55,514 nt of DNA from IMG/VR virus record IMGVR_UViG_3300036781_000044, positions 1 to 55,514 of that record. One strand, given 5' to 3'. The notes below the pieces were generated by a model, which saw only the letters and a program-made list of their open reading frames with translations, did not search any database and was not told where the DNA came from. This stretch comes from a virus. Its lineage: Duplodnaviria > Caudoviricetes. The translations under genes were made by a program, and so were the position numbers. This document shows, piece after piece, positions 43,950-53,958 of this stretch (its first letter is position 1; each line of letters opens with the position of its first letter).

Positions 43950-45353
43950 TTAGACCGTATGCCCGTCTTCAATGAACACGCTGACGTCTGCCGCGTCTTT
44001 CGTCACGTATTCCATGAGAATCTGACCACCCGCGGTCCGCGCTTCACTCGCAATCAGCGCGAGGCTGTCATCGTCAAGTGCGTTGCCGTTCTTCACGAGC
44101 AGCAAGCGCAATTTCGGATGCAGCGCGAACCCGATCGCGACGCTGACGCGAATCTGCTCCGCGGTGCTCGCTTGCTTGAACGGCACATTGTTGAACGTCA
44201 CGCCGCTGTCAGACAGACTGAGCCCAGGCACTGGAAACTGCGCCGCGTCGAGGGCGGCCCGTTTCGCGGCCTCAGCTTCGTCGATGATGAGCCCTTCATC
44301 GACGGCGCGTGCAAAGAGCTTTTTCGCCGCCTCGTTCGCATCCATGAACGCGCGATTGGCGCGCACACGCTGATTCGTCGTGTTGATGTCTGCGAGCCGC
44401 TGATTGATGCTGCTGACGTCGGGCACGGCTTCTGCCGTCTTCTCGACGTGCTGTTGTTGCACCGTCAACAACGTGTCTTTCTCCGCAATCGCGGTTTCGC
44501 ACAACGAGACCTCGCGCTGTGCGTCGCTCAGTTGGGCTTGCAGACGCGCGACGCGATCGACGCTCGCGACTTTCTTTGACATCAGATCGTCGCGCTGTCG
44601 CTGCACGTCGTCACGCGCAGTAACGGCGTCACGGGCGAGCGCGCGGAGTTCTTCGGCGCGTCGAAGCTCAGCGGCGATTTCTTCCGCCGAGATTTCAGCC
44701 GTAGGCGCGTCGTCGAATGTCGGCATCGACGTCAGCACCGCGACCGCGTCTTTGTGCTGCCGATTCAGTTCTGCACGCCGCTCGAATGCCGCTTTGCGCG
44801 TCGCTTCGTGCGCGCTGACGTCGAGATTGACGATCTTGCGCAAGATGTCTTCTTGCGGCTTGGGATCGAGATTCACGAACGCCATCGGGTCAAATGTCAT
44901 CTTGCCGATGAGCTTGTCGAGAATCGCTTGCGGCGTGCCCTGCGTGATGCCGTCGGCGTTGCGCACGACGAGACGCGATTTGACATCACCCCATTTGTGA
45001 GTCGCGCACTTCTCCGTGTGCATTTGATCGTCGCCCACGATCGGCATATCGCCAGGATGCGTCACGCCGCAATCGCATGGAAGGTGATCGCGTGAGAACT
45101 CGCGACGAATCTTCAGGTCGCCCAAGTCAAGCTCGACGAAGCCTTTCGACTTGCCGACGTGGATCGGTTCAGCGGGACAGAGTGCTGCGCCGCCAAGCGC
45201 CATCGCGACGCAGTTGACAGCACTTGACTTGCCGGCGCCGTTCTTGCCGCCGATCATCAGCAATGACTGATCGGCAGACCAGTTGATCTCAATCGCAGAC
45301 AGTCGGAGAATGTTCTGCGCTTGCAGTGAGACGACGCGTAGTGACGTGCTCAT
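43950..45353 (-). CDS. SMC/Rad50-like ATPase with coiled coil
   Basis: IGGKNGAGKSS Walker A, long coiled coil, QASTAEQ signature-like motif, ALDD. Confidence 0.8.
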   Translation of the reverse strand: MSTSLRVVSLQAQNILRLSAIEINWSADQSLLMIGGKNGAGKSSAVNCVAMALGGAALCPAEPIHVGKSKGFVELDLGDLKIRREFSRDHLPCDCGVTHPGDMPIVGDDQMHTEKCATHKWGDVKSRLVVRNADGITQGTPQAILDKLIGKMTFDPMAFVNLDPKPQEDILRKIVNLDVSAHEATRKAAFERRAELNRQHKDAVAVLTSMPTFDDAPTAEISAEEIAAELRRAEELRALARDAVTARDDVQRQRDDLMSKKVASVDRVARLQAQLSDAQREVSLCETAIAEKDTLLTVQQQHVEKTAEAVPDVSSINQRLADINTTNQRVRANRAFMDANEAAKKLFARAVDEGLIIDEAEAAKRAALDAAQFPVPGLSLSDSGVTFNNVPFKQASTAEQIRVSVAIGFALHPKLRLLLVKNGNALDDDSLALIASEARTAGGQILMEYVTKDAADVSVFIEDGHTV

Positions 45354-45604
45354 GGCTTGATGCTCCTGTTCACCGACTGCCACAAGAACAGCCGGTCGAT
45401 GATCGCGCGCCTCATGCGCGCATTGGCGCCTCCGGACTCCATGTGCGCGTTGTGGAAAATTTCCTGCATTTCGCTGTCCTGCAGGGCTTGTTCCAGTTCT
45501 TCACGCGACATGATGAGCACAGGCGGCCCAATGCTCGCTTTGGCCTCGTCTTGCCACTTCTGATCGCCGCGTGGCTTCTGAACGTTGTTCTCCAGCCGGT
45601 GCAT
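45350..45604 (-). CDS. hypothetical protein
   Basis: Coupled to the ATPase start. Confidence 0.45.
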   Translation of the reverse strand: MHRLENNVQKPRGDQKWQDEAKASIGPPVLIMSREELEQALQDSEMQEIFHNAHMESGGANARMRRAIIDRLFLWQSVNRSIKP

Positions 45605-45612
45605 GAAATCGT

Positions 45613-46218
45613 TCACAAATCGGTCCCTTCTGACGCGGCACGCGTCACGCTTTCGTCTACGACGTCCTGTTTCATTTGCGTGAACACGATCGACGTCTTC
45701 ACGTAGATTTTCGTTCCCGGCAGTTCCGGCTCGCCGTTGAGCAGACGTTCTTTGTTGAGCGCGTTGACACTCGCCCATGCGGGTGCGAGCAGACGTTCCA
45801 GCCCGTTTTTCATGTAGTGTTCGCGCAAGACGTCGCGATCCTCGAATGTCGTATACGGCTCGCTTGACACACGCAGCGTGTCACCTGTGACGAGACGCAT
45901 CATGTTTGGCGATGCGCCGTATTCGCCCCAGCCCGCGAACTCGCGCTCTTGTGTATCGATGAGCAGCTGGGTGGCGGCTTCAAGTTCCATGTTCAAGATC
46001 GACGCCTGCGCGTTGAGTTCTGCTTGTCGCTGACGCAACGTGCGATAGTGCTTCGCGAGTGCGACCGCCGGCTGTTCATGCGTCGTCTCGTTGAACTGAT
46101 CGCGCAGTTTCGTTTTGACCTGCTCGACGCGCTCTTGATACTGTGCCGGCTCTGTGCTGCCAAGCTTAGTCAGCTTGTGCAACACACCGTCATATTTGCC
46201 AGGGGCTTTTTTCGCCAC
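45613..46218 (-). CDS. hypothetical phage replication-region protein
   Basis: AAGGAG RBS; coiled coil; GEPELPG. Confidence 0.65.
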   Translation of the reverse strand: MAKKAPGKYDGVLHKLTKLGSTEPAQYQERVEQVKTKLRDQFNETTHEQPAVALAKHYRTLRQRQAELNAQASILNMELEAATQLLIDTQEREFAGWGEYGASPNMMRLVTGDTLRVSSEPYTTFEDRDVLREHYMKNGLERLLAPAWASVNALNKERLLNGEPELPGTKIYVKTSIVFTQMKQDVVDESVTRAASEGTDL

Positions 46219-46456
46219 GTTTTAATCTCCTTCTCTCGAATCGTGCCTTGCTAGGCGACAGTTTGCCAAATCCGCGCCAATACGACGGCGCGTGTGGATG
46301 ATCGTTGTTGCACCATCGACGCGCGAACGCGCGATAGACGATCTTGTCTGGGTGCGTCTCGCAGGTGTACCAGATGCCGACTCCACGTCGATACATCTTG
46401 CCGTTGCTGAACATCTCCGCGTTGCTGCGCGGGTAGCGTTGACGTCGTTGCTTCAT
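46190..46456 (-). CDS. hypothetical basic protein
   Basis: ATGA-coupled ORF. Confidence 0.45.
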   Translation of the reverse strand: MKQRRQRYPRSNAEMFSNGKMYRRGVGIWYTCETHPDKIVYRAFARRWCNNDHPHAPSYWRGFGKLSPSKARFERRRLKRGEKSPWQI

Positions 46457-46674
46457 GGCTTTTCGACGTTGAGTTCCAACGTCCCTGACAGTGTGCCAAG
46501 TGCGCGCCCGAATGCCGCCATACGCTCACCGTAAAGATTCGTGACGAATGTGAGACGCGCCGGGCCGTCGAGTGGAAAGTCTAAGCGCACGTCGACCGTT
46601 TCTTGTGGCATCTCAATGCCTTGCGCTTTCAGCGCGTCGTAGAGCGTCGGCGTCGATTTGATGACGTAGACCAT
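46453..46674 (-). CDS. hypothetical protein
   Basis: GAGG RBS. Confidence 0.55.
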   Translation of the reverse strand: MVYVIKSTPTLYDALKAQGIEMPQETVDVRLDFPLDGPARLTFVTNLYGERMAAFGRALGTLSGTLELNVEKP

Positions 46675-46686
46675 AAGTGCCTCACT

Positions 46687-47041
46687 TCAACCGTAGACGA
46701 GTTCTCCGAAGCACGCATATTGCACGATGGTATCGGCCATCGGCCCGTCAAGATTCTCAGTGTCGAGCACGTTGTCACCAGCGTTCAGCGCGACGAGGAC
46801 GCCTTGCTTGATCATCGTGCGTGTGATGCGACGAGACGTCTGTTTATCGTCGTCACGCTCGATTAGCGTCACGCTGAAAAGACGTTTTTGAGCCGTTGTA
46901 ATCGGTTTCTGTGATTTCAGCCCAGTAGCCGATCCCGTGCGTGTGCCCAGCGTCGAGCGCAGTTTCAAGCACGCGACTCGCGAAATCGTCTGTGACGTCG
47001 ATCGCGGTGACACGAATGTCGGGTATCTTTTTGACGCTCAT
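46687..47041 (-). pseudogene. frameshifted hypothetical gene (...GIGYW...ADTIVQYACFGELVYG)
   Basis: Removing one base from the T5 run at 46885-46889 joins ORFs 46853-47041 and 46687-47013. Confidence 0.6.
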
Positions 47042-47247
47042 GACCGCACCGCCTCACGTGTCAAACGCTGAGCGACGAGTGCTGTGATTTGCGCGAGTGT
47101 CAGACAATCTACGTTCCCACGACCGTGGCCGGGCGACGTATCGCCGCCCGGCGTGCAGTGTTTCGTATGACAGACGCCGCAACGATTATTCGTGCAGCGT
47201 CCAGCGTCGCGTCTTGTGTCGTTGCCGCAGATTTCGCAGGTACGCAT
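47038..47247 (-). CDS. Cys-rich small protein
   Basis: CEIC, C....C..C...HC. Confidence 0.5.
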   Translation of the reverse strand: MRTCEICGNDTRRDAGRCTNNRCGVCHTKHCTPGGDTSPGHGRGNVDCLTLAQITALVAQRLTREAVRS

Positions 47248-48698
47248 TAGCGCACCCCTTCACGCGCGTTGTGCGCGTCTGCGGGCGACTTCGCGCTGAC
47301 GTAGACAAGACTCGACTTCGCGCGTGTGATCGCGACATAGCAGATGTTTCGTTCTTCGTCGCTGTTGTTGCGCAGCGTGTCTGCCAGAATGAACACGCGA
47401 TCGGCTTCAAGACCCTTCGCTTTGTGAACTGACGAGCACGTGATCATGCCGGCGGCGCCGAGGCCGTCGTCAGTGAACAGGGCGGTAATGCGCGACTCGA
47501 CTTCTTGCACGTTCGTCGCGTTGTCAGTCAGCGACGTCAGCATTTCGGCTTGGTCGCTGATCGCGTCGAAACGCTGCATATACGTCGCGTTCTGTGACAG
47601 ATCGCCCTTGCCCTTGAAGCGCGCGAGCAGGCGTTCTTTCTCTTTCTCTTCCCACGCGCTGATCTTCTTGAGTAAGTCAGGGATGCTGCGCGACTTGAAC
47701 TTTCTGATCAGACCGATGAGACCCGCGCCGATGTCGCGTCCTGCGATGCGCGTGCGCTTGCCTGCACGAAGCAAACTCATCGCGACAGACACGAGCGGCG
47801 CATTCACGCGCGACAGAATGAAGTCACCCGCGCACGCTTCTGACGTCAACTTCGCTTCTTCAAGCGTGCTGACGCTGCCTTCGGGATTCGACTCGCCTGC
47901 TTGAAAGTCAGGCACGTAGTATTGCGCTTCGCGGACGATACTCTGCGCGCAGCGATACGTGATGTTGAGCGGCAGTTCGATCGCGTCGAGAGACGACTTG
48001 AGGCGGTCAATCGAGCCGCTGTCAGCGCCGCGAAAGCCGTAGATCGCTTGTTTGTCGTCGCCCACGACCGTGATGCGACCGCGGCAAATGCCCTGCGCGA
48101 TTTCAAGCTGTGCCGCGGTCATGTCTTGCGCTTCGTCGACCACGACGTCATCGCACATGGGGTGCAGCCAGCCGTTACGCACGGGCAAGAAGATCATGTC
48201 GCTGCCGTCAATCCCCGTCTTGACAGGCTTTTCATTTGCGGCAAGCGCCATCGCTTGCGCGGCTTTCGTGCAGACATACTCGACGCCGAATCCGTCGCGT
48301 GACCACGCGTCTTCGGGTTCACACTCGAATTTTATCGCGATGTCAAGCAACTGCTCGCCAGTCGTCGCGTGCGGCGCGAGATCGTTTTCTCTGTCGCGCG
48401 TGAACGCGACTTTGACGTCAGGCCAGAACCGCTTGACGCACGACAGTCCGATCGCGTGCAGCGTCTTGACAGTGACGTTGAACCCGACGAAACGCGTGAT
48501 GAGTTCTTCGGCAATATTCTTGTTGAACGCGCAGATGACGATTGAGCGCGTCGCGTTCGCTTGAAGCAAGCGCATGACGGCCTCGACGATCGACGTCGTT
48601 TTGCCCGTGCCCGCGCGAGCGCGCACGATGAGATGACGGGTGCCGGTGACGAACTGACCGAAGAAGTTTTCTTGCAGTGAGGACCAAATGCGTGCCAT
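47247..48698 (-). CDS. UvrD/Rep-like SF1 helicase
   Basis: ARAGTGKTT, VVDEAQD, VGDDKQAIYGFRGA, SVHKAKGLE, YVAITRAK. Confidence 0.92.
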   Translation of the reverse strand: MARIWSSLQENFFGQFVTGTRHLIVRARAGTGKTTSIVEAVMRLLQANATRSIVICAFNKNIAEELITRFVGFNVTVKTLHAIGLSCVKRFWPDVKVAFTRDRENDLAPHATTGEQLLDIAIKFECEPEDAWSRDGFGVEYVCTKAAQAMALAANEKPVKTGIDGSDMIFLPVRNGWLHPMCDDVVVDEAQDMTAAQLEIAQGICRGRITVVGDDKQAIYGFRGADSGSIDRLKSSLDAIELPLNITYRCAQSIVREAQYYVPDFQAGESNPEGSVSTLEEAKLTSEACAGDFILSRVNAPLVSVAMSLLRAGKRTRIAGRDIGAGLIGLIRKFKSRSIPDLLKKISAWEEKEKERLLARFKGKGDLSQNATYMQRFDAISDQAEMLTSLTDNATNVQEVESRITALFTDDGLGAAGMITCSSVHKAKGLEADRVFILADTLRNNSDEERNICYVAITRAKSSLVYVSAKSPADAHNAREGVR

Positions 48699-48758
48699 GT
48701 CGTTGTGGCTCCCTGTGTCTACGTGCGTCGTATCATTGCGACGTCAGTGACAAGACAG

Positions 48759-48822
48759 ATTCTAACGGCTCTATCAAACGAAATGCAAGCGTTTTCTTAA
48801 GTGCTTGAAAATCAACGACTTA
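48759..48822 (-). promoter_or_regulatory. sigma70-like promoter with upstream IHF-like near-palindrome
   Basis: TTGCAT-N18-TAGAAT; TAAGTGCTTGA-aaa-TCAACGACTTA at 48798-48822. Confidence 0.6.
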
Positions 48823-49066
48823 CAGTCTTGCAACTGAACCCAGCGACATACGTGCGCGACTGGAAATAGAGCCAAAAGTTATAGCCCCACGACTCGCCGG
48901 ACCAGCGTGCGGCAGTGAACTTGATCCGTCTGACGCGCGTCTCTGTGCCGTTCGGTCCGTGGTGCGTCGGGTGCCCCGTAAAACGGTGTGGCCATTCGAT
49001 GAAAATTGACAGACCAAACGCAAGGACAATCGTGCTGAACGCCAGCGGGACGACTTTGAATCTCAT
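48812..49066 (-). CDS. hypothetical membrane protein
   Basis: N-terminal TM segment; ATGA coupling. Confidence 0.45.
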   Translation of the reverse strand: MRFKVVPLAFSTIVLAFGLSIFIEWPHRFTGHPTHHGPNGTETRVRRIKFTAARWSGESWGYNFWLYFQSRTYVAGFSCKTVSR

Positions 49067-50673
49067 GCGTCTTCTTTCAATGCGCGAATCCACGCTGCCG
49101 TTGTCCAATTCGCGATGTCCGCTTTGCCGCGTCGTCCTGACAGTATCACGTGATCGATCGTCTTTTGACCCTTCGGCCCTTGCGCGACGAAATCGAAGTA
49201 ACTGACTGGGTGTTTCTGATTCGGTCCATAGACGCGATCACCTGCTTGTAAGAACTTTCGCAAGCTGTAGTCATACGACACATTGATGTTGGTGTGTGAC
49301 GCGCTGAAGTCGAGTCCAAATGAGCCGGTCCCAAACGTGCCGCCGAAGAAGATTGCGGCGTCGGGCGACGTGCCCGGCTTCAGCAACGTGAGCGCGTCAC
49401 GACGTTCTGACTTCGACTGGCCGCCAGAAATGCCGCTGACGATCATCTGTGGGAATTTCTTCTTCACCGCAGCGAGCATGCGTTCCAATTCAGGCTTGAA
49501 ACGCACCCAAGTCACGACTTTCAGTTTGGGATCGTGCTCCAACTGCTGACCGACGAGATAGAGCAGCGTATCAAGCTTTTCATGTCCGATCTCCCGCACA
49601 CTCGCCGTCTGTGTCACGTCGTCGTCGAGTCCCAAGTCTGCGATGCCACCGAGAAACCCGCTCGTGATCTGCGCGAGTCGCATGATCTTCGTAATCGCTT
49701 GCTGCGCGACACTCGCGTTACCGCACTCAAGCTCAACGACCATTTCATCACGCATCGTCTGGTAAAACTGCCAGGTCTTCGGCGTCAGCGTGACCGGCAC
49801 GGTGACAGGCGGCAATTTCTCCGGCATGTCTTTGCAATCTTTCTGCAGCCGTCGAATCGTGTAGGGTGCAAAGCGACGCTGCAGATCGTCGAGATTGACC
49901 CATCCGATCACTTGTGTCGGACGTCCCCCTTCAAAGACGATTTGCCCATTAGGCTTCTTGACTTTTACGGCGCCGACGCGAAAGCCACCCATCTGCGCGT
50001 AGCGTGCGCGATAGTGCGTGATGTATTTGCAATCAAGCACACTGTCATGCAGCATGTTGCCTTGCGCGAATAGATGAATCGGCGTGTCCATCGGCGTGCC
50101 GTTGAGCAGCACGACGCGTCCACACTTCTTGCGCAGTTCGTAGCACGACTTATACGTCTCTGACTTGTGATTCGTGATCGCGCTCGACTCGTCGAGAACG
50201 AGCAACGTTTTCGGCGTGCAGTAAGGCAGTAACGCTTTGAGCGCACTATCGACACGCTGCTGATCTTTCGTGATGTAGGGACACACGAACTCGTAATTGG
50301 TGACGATCCACTTGAGCGACGTAACGACACTGGGCGATGTATTGCTGCTTTCTGATGGGATTTGCCAGCGCCATTGACGCATGTCGGAATGATACTCCGT
50401 GATCAGCGCAGACGTCTTCATCCACAAATGCTTTGCGAGTTCTCCGCCCTCGGGATCGAACCAGACGCCGCGCACTGGGGCCGGCGCGACAACGATGACA
50501 CGATTGATGACGCCTGCTCGATACAAGAACTGCGCGGCGTCAATGACGATCTTCGTCTTGCCTGTGCGCATCTCAGACGTAATGAAGAGATACGGATGGT
50601 CAATCAACGTCTGCGTGTCTTCGACTTGATGCGCAAACGGTGGCAGACGCGCGTCAGAGAAATCGAGGCTCAT
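49063..50673 (-). CDS. SNF2-family helicase
   Basis: EMRTGKT, NYE, LDESS, LNGTP, GLDF...QAGDRV. Confidence 0.9.
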   Translation of the reverse strand: MSLDFSDARLPPFAHQVEDTQTLIDHPYLFITSEMRTGKTKIVIDAAQFLYRAGVINRVIVVAPAPVRGVWFDPEGGELAKHLWMKTSALITEYHSDMRQWRWQIPSESSNTSPSVVTSLKWIVTNYEFVCPYITKDQQRVDSALKALLPYCTPKTLLVLDESSAITNHKSETYKSCYELRKKCGRVVLLNGTPMDTPIHLFAQGNMLHDSVLDCKYITHYRARYAQMGGFRVGAVKVKKPNGQIVFEGGRPTQVIGWVNLDDLQRRFAPYTIRRLQKDCKDMPEKLPPVTVPVTLTPKTWQFYQTMRDEMVVELECGNASVAQQAITKIMRLAQITSGFLGGIADLGLDDDVTQTASVREIGHEKLDTLLYLVGQQLEHDPKLKVVTWVRFKPELERMLAAVKKKFPQMIVSGISGGQSKSERRDALTLLKPGTSPDAAIFFGGTFGTGSFGLDFSASHTNINVSYDYSLRKFLQAGDRVYGPNQKHPVSYFDFVAQGPKGQKTIDHVILSGRRGKADIANWTTAAWIRALKEDA

Positions 50674-50915
50674 TCGTAACGGTCTTTCGAGATGCCTTCA
50701 GTTGTCAAGATGACGACGTGTTGATCGATGACGAACGTTTTGCGCGGGATGTTTGCGCCGACGCCTTCTTTGATCAGTTGATCAGCGCGCGTTTTCTGTT
50801 CAGCCACGGCATTCGCGTAGCGTCGATTCAACGCCTCAGACTGAGACTTCAATTCCGAAAGCTCAATCTCAGCGGTGAGCCATTTTTTCACGGCCTCTCT
50901 GATGTCACGCATCAC
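50670..50915 (-). CDS. hypothetical protein
   Basis: Coupled ORF with AAGGAGG RBS. Confidence 0.6.
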   Translation of the reverse strand: MMRDIREAVKKWLTAEIELSELKSQSEALNRRYANAVAEQKTRADQLIKEGVGANIPRKTFVIDQHVVILTTEGISKDRYE

Positions 50916-51169
50916 GACATGCCTCCTTGCGCAGGTAGCGCCTTGACGACAAGCGTACCTGGCGGCGTCTCAGCGTCGATTTCCCAAATCGCGGCATACA
51001 TGCGCGCGTTGAACGGGAAGTCGCAGCCGTGCCGTTCACGGTACCCGGCGTTCAGCGACTCGACGTCAGCGGGCGCCACTTTCGCGCGCCAGTCTGTGAG
51101 CGGCACACGCGCAGCGAGTAGGGCTTTTCGCTGCGCGAAATAGGATTCAAGCAATTCGTTCAGTGTCAT
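50912..51169 (-). CDS. hypothetical protein
   Basis: Coupled ORF. Confidence 0.55.
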   Translation of the reverse strand: MTLNELLESYFAQRKALLAARVPLTDWRAKVAPADVESLNAGYRERHGCDFPFNARMYAAIWEIDAETPPGTLVVKALPAQGGMS

Positions 51170-52119
51170 GCGAGCTTGCGCGCCTCCACTTTCGCGTCGA
51201 TCTTTTCGATTTCCGCTTTGATGCGCCCGACAGAAGCGCCAGTATAGAGGATCCCTTGCTCTGCACGCGTTAGAAACTCTTTACACGCGCGATAGAGTTC
51301 CAGCGTCACGCACGCTTCAGTGCGCTTGTCATTGAACAGCGCATACGTGCACTCGAAATATTTGGCGACGAACGTGGCGACAGCACGAGCATAGCAGCGG
51401 ATTTCCCACTGCGCCGTGGGCTCCATCCGTAGTGTAAGAAACGCGAGCCAGTTGCGCAAGTTCGCTGACGCGCGCATGCGTGAATACTGCGCGACAGGGA
51501 TGACCATGCGGGCGACTTCACGCGCGACGCCGTTAAGCAGCAACGTCTGATAGACCTGCCGCATGTCGCGCTCAGCTTTGTCGATCATCGCTTGCGCGGC
51601 CTCAGCTTTGAACTGACTGAGGCCCACTTCTGATCCCTGCTTGTTCGTCTTCGACTGCGCTGAGCGCATCAATCGTGTGATGCTTGGCACATAGAACATG
51701 TCAGGCAATTCGGTGTAGCGCGCCGACAGTTCGTTGTAACTCTGCGTGCGATGACGGTGCCACTCGCGAAAGACGAAGATCGGCGCCTGAATTTCGAGTG
51801 TCAGCCCCGCCATTTCAAACGGGGTGCCGTGGTGATTGTTGTAGAGATATGCGAGGAGCTTTTCGTCGCCGGGAATCACGCCAAAGCCCTTACATGCCGG
51901 GCACCGAATCAACATCCCGTCAGATGTCTTGGCGGTCCCCAGCGAGGTATCGCCCTTGCCGCACGCTTGACATTCAAATGGACCCCAGCCCACGAAACCC
52001 TTGTCCGTGCTCATGCGCGCGGCTTCGATGATCCGTTCGTCGCTGCCCCACGTCTCGATCAGTCGCACGTAGCCGATCGTATCGAGCACGGGGATTTCTT
52101 CTGTCTGCTTGGGGATCAT
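51166..52119 (-). CDS. thyX: flavin-dependent thymidylate synthase
   Basis: HGTPFE, RHRTQSYNELSARY, AQWEIR.YA. Confidence 0.95.
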   Translation of the reverse strand: MIPKQTEEIPVLDTIGYVRLIETWGSDERIIEAARMSTDKGFVGWGPFECQACGKGDTSLGTAKTSDGMLIRCPACKGFGVIPGDEKLLAYLYNNHHGTPFEMAGLTLEIQAPIFVFREWHRHRTQSYNELSARYTELPDMFYVPSITRLMRSAQSKTNKQGSEVGLSQFKAEAAQAMIDKAERDMRQVYQTLLLNGVAREVARMVIPVAQYSRMRASANLRNWLAFLTLRMEPTAQWEIRCYARAVATFVAKYFECTYALFNDKRTEACVTLELYRACKEFLTRAEQGILYTGASVGRIKAEIEKIDAKVEARKLA

Positions 52120-52355
52120 AGTTCGATACCTGCGTTGATGCAGTCAGGACGCGTCGCGATCATCGCTGACGCGACGGAGAGTCCGAGCAGATAGCCGCGT
52201 TCGGTCGCGTTCTTCGCGCCTGCAATCTTTTTGAGCACCCGCAGACGCATAAGGCCTGCTGATCGTAGTTCGTTGAGCGCCGCAGCGTTTGACGGCTCAG
52301 TGACAATCGTCTCTAACGCCGCTTCGATAAGTCCTGACGGTGGTATGTTTTTCAT
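52116..52355 (-). CDS. hypothetical protein
   Basis: Coupled ORF. Confidence 0.5.
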   Translation of the reverse strand: MKNIPPSGLIEAALETIVTEPSNAAALNELRSAGLMRLRVLKKIAGAKNATERGYLLGLSVASAMIATRPDCINAGIEL

Positions 52356-52356
52356 G

Positions 52357-52782
52357 TCAGTCCGTCCAATTTGACGCGTTACGATTGGGATACTTCTCGT
52401 CTTTGATGCACTCAGGACACGCCGACTCAGGCTGAATCGGCACCTTGTGACGCGGACAGAGTTTGACGCGTGTGCGCTCCAGTCGTGCGATCTCGAAATC
52501 GAGGTATGTGCGCGCTTTCTTCAAATCCTCGATATGCGTTGAGAGATCCGGATGTCCCTCGACGAATCGACGTTCACTGTCGCCGTTCGTCGTCACGTCA
52601 AGTTTCGCCGGCTTCTTGCCCGCGCGACAGATGTATTTAACGGCGTTGCCGAGGCTGAAGTTGAGGCCCCACGCTTCGATCACTTTGATCGCCTCGTATA
52701 AGTTGGATGACCCGCCGTAATGTGACGGACGGATCTGTTCAGACTCGATCAGATTGACAGTGAACTCGGGCGCTTGCGCCAT
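52357..52782 (-). CDS. DUF3310 family protein
   Basis: PSHY...EAI.VI...LNF.LGNAVKY..RAGKK...EDLKKA..YL. Confidence 0.88.
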   Translation of the reverse strand: MAQAPEFTVNLIESEQIRPSHYGGSSNLYEAIKVIEAWGLNFSLGNAVKYICRAGKKPAKLDVTTNGDSERRFVEGHPDLSTHIEDLKKARTYLDFEIARLERTRVKLCPRHKVPIQPESACPECIKDEKYPNRNASNWTD

Positions 52783-52999
52783 GAAAAACTCCAGATGTGA
52801 AACGCGTTACTGCAACGCGCCAACCATTCCATACGCTACGACGTCGATGTCTTCACCGTCTGCAATAAGGACAGAACGCTCGCAGACAGGCGACGTCGGA
52901 TCGAAAACTTTATACCACGAGCCGTCACTAAACTTCGACGTCAGCGGGTTATACACGCCATTCGTCAGACGAAAAAGATGGTAGGCGATCCACTGACGA

Positions 53000-53311
53000 T
53001 CACTTGTTGTGCCGAGTCTCACCAAGACGTGTCTCCAGGGCATCTTCCAGCAATCGCGACATGCTCTTGCCGGTGCGTCGCGATTCGTCTTGAAGACGTC
53101 TCTTCATCTCTTTCGTGATGTTTGAGCCGACGAAGCCGTACCGGTCGCCGCGCACTTTGCGCGGGCTATCGTTGTAGCTGACGCCCGCTTTACGAAGAAT
53201 CTGATTGATGCGTGTGCGCGTGACGCCAAAGAACGACGCAAGCTGTGCCTGTGTATGGCCCTTCTTGTATCGATCGACGATCTGCGCGTCACGCTCGGTG
53301 TTCTTTACCAT
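53000..53311 (-). CDS. HTH plus RHH-like DNA-binding protein
   Basis: T.AQLASFFGVTRTRINQIL; GKSMSRLLEDAL. Confidence 0.7.
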   Translation of the reverse strand: MVKNTERDAQIVDRYKKGHTQAQLASFFGVTRTRINQILRKAGVSYNDSPRKVRGDRYGFVGSNITKEMKRRLQDESRRTGKSMSRLLEDALETRLGETRHNK

Positions 53312-53427
53312 TCTTCGTCTTCTCCGTCGAGATCGTCTTCGTCGTCAAGATCCTCGAGATCGTCTTCGTCGTCCAAATCTTCGTCATCTTCTTCGACGCG
53401 GAGATCGTCATCTTCTTTTGACGTCAT
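53305..53427 (-). CDS. 40-aa hyper-acidic peptide (below the ORF-track cutoff)
   Basis: MTSKEDDDLRVEEDDEDLDDEDDLEDLDDEDDLDGEDEEW; overlaps the genes on both sides. Confidence 0.7.
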   Translation of the reverse strand: MTSKEDDDLRVEEDDEDLDDEDDLEDLDDEDDLDGEDEEW

Positions 53428-53958
53428 CCAGCCGGTAATACGCGATGAGCCTGATCTCCGAGACACGTCCAGCCGGGACGTTGACGGCGCGCGAATAGTT
53501 CAACATAAGGACCTCCACTTAGCTGCTCGACCAAATCGTAAAACGCCTCAGGCTTCTGCGAGTGCAGTCCGACAGGTGCTTCAAAGACTGAACGGACACT
53601 CTTTGTCAGCACGTCAGGACGCCCCACTCGTTGCGACGAGACAGACTTCGTGTTCCGCTCTGACGATACGCCCCATGCCGAAAAAGCGTTTGCCATTCGG
53701 CGTTAGCTTCTTCCACACGATCTCAGTCTTGAGTTCAAAATCCCACGCATCAATCACGGCCATCGCTTCGCGCTGCATCGCGGCGACACGCCACAGAAAC
53801 AGGATACTGCTTTCGTAGAGCAGCGGCAGTGGAAATGCCATGATCTCAACGATGCTCATTAGATTGTAGTGCGCAATCGCACCGCGTCCATTGCCAGGCA
53901 ATTGATCACGAAACGGCCACGGCGGATCTGCGACGATGACGCGATAGCGTTCAGTCAA
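53424..53958 (-). pseudogene. MT-A70 family adenine methyltransferase, frameshifted
   Basis: ADPPW, LFLW, E.CLVAT in one frame; HSQKPE, ELFAR..RPGW in another; one extra base in the C4 run at 53622-53625. Confidence 0.85.

Noticed and set aside
53255-53818. Ser-rich + strand ORF
   Set aside because: It is the antisense read of the acidic peptide and MT-A70 genes
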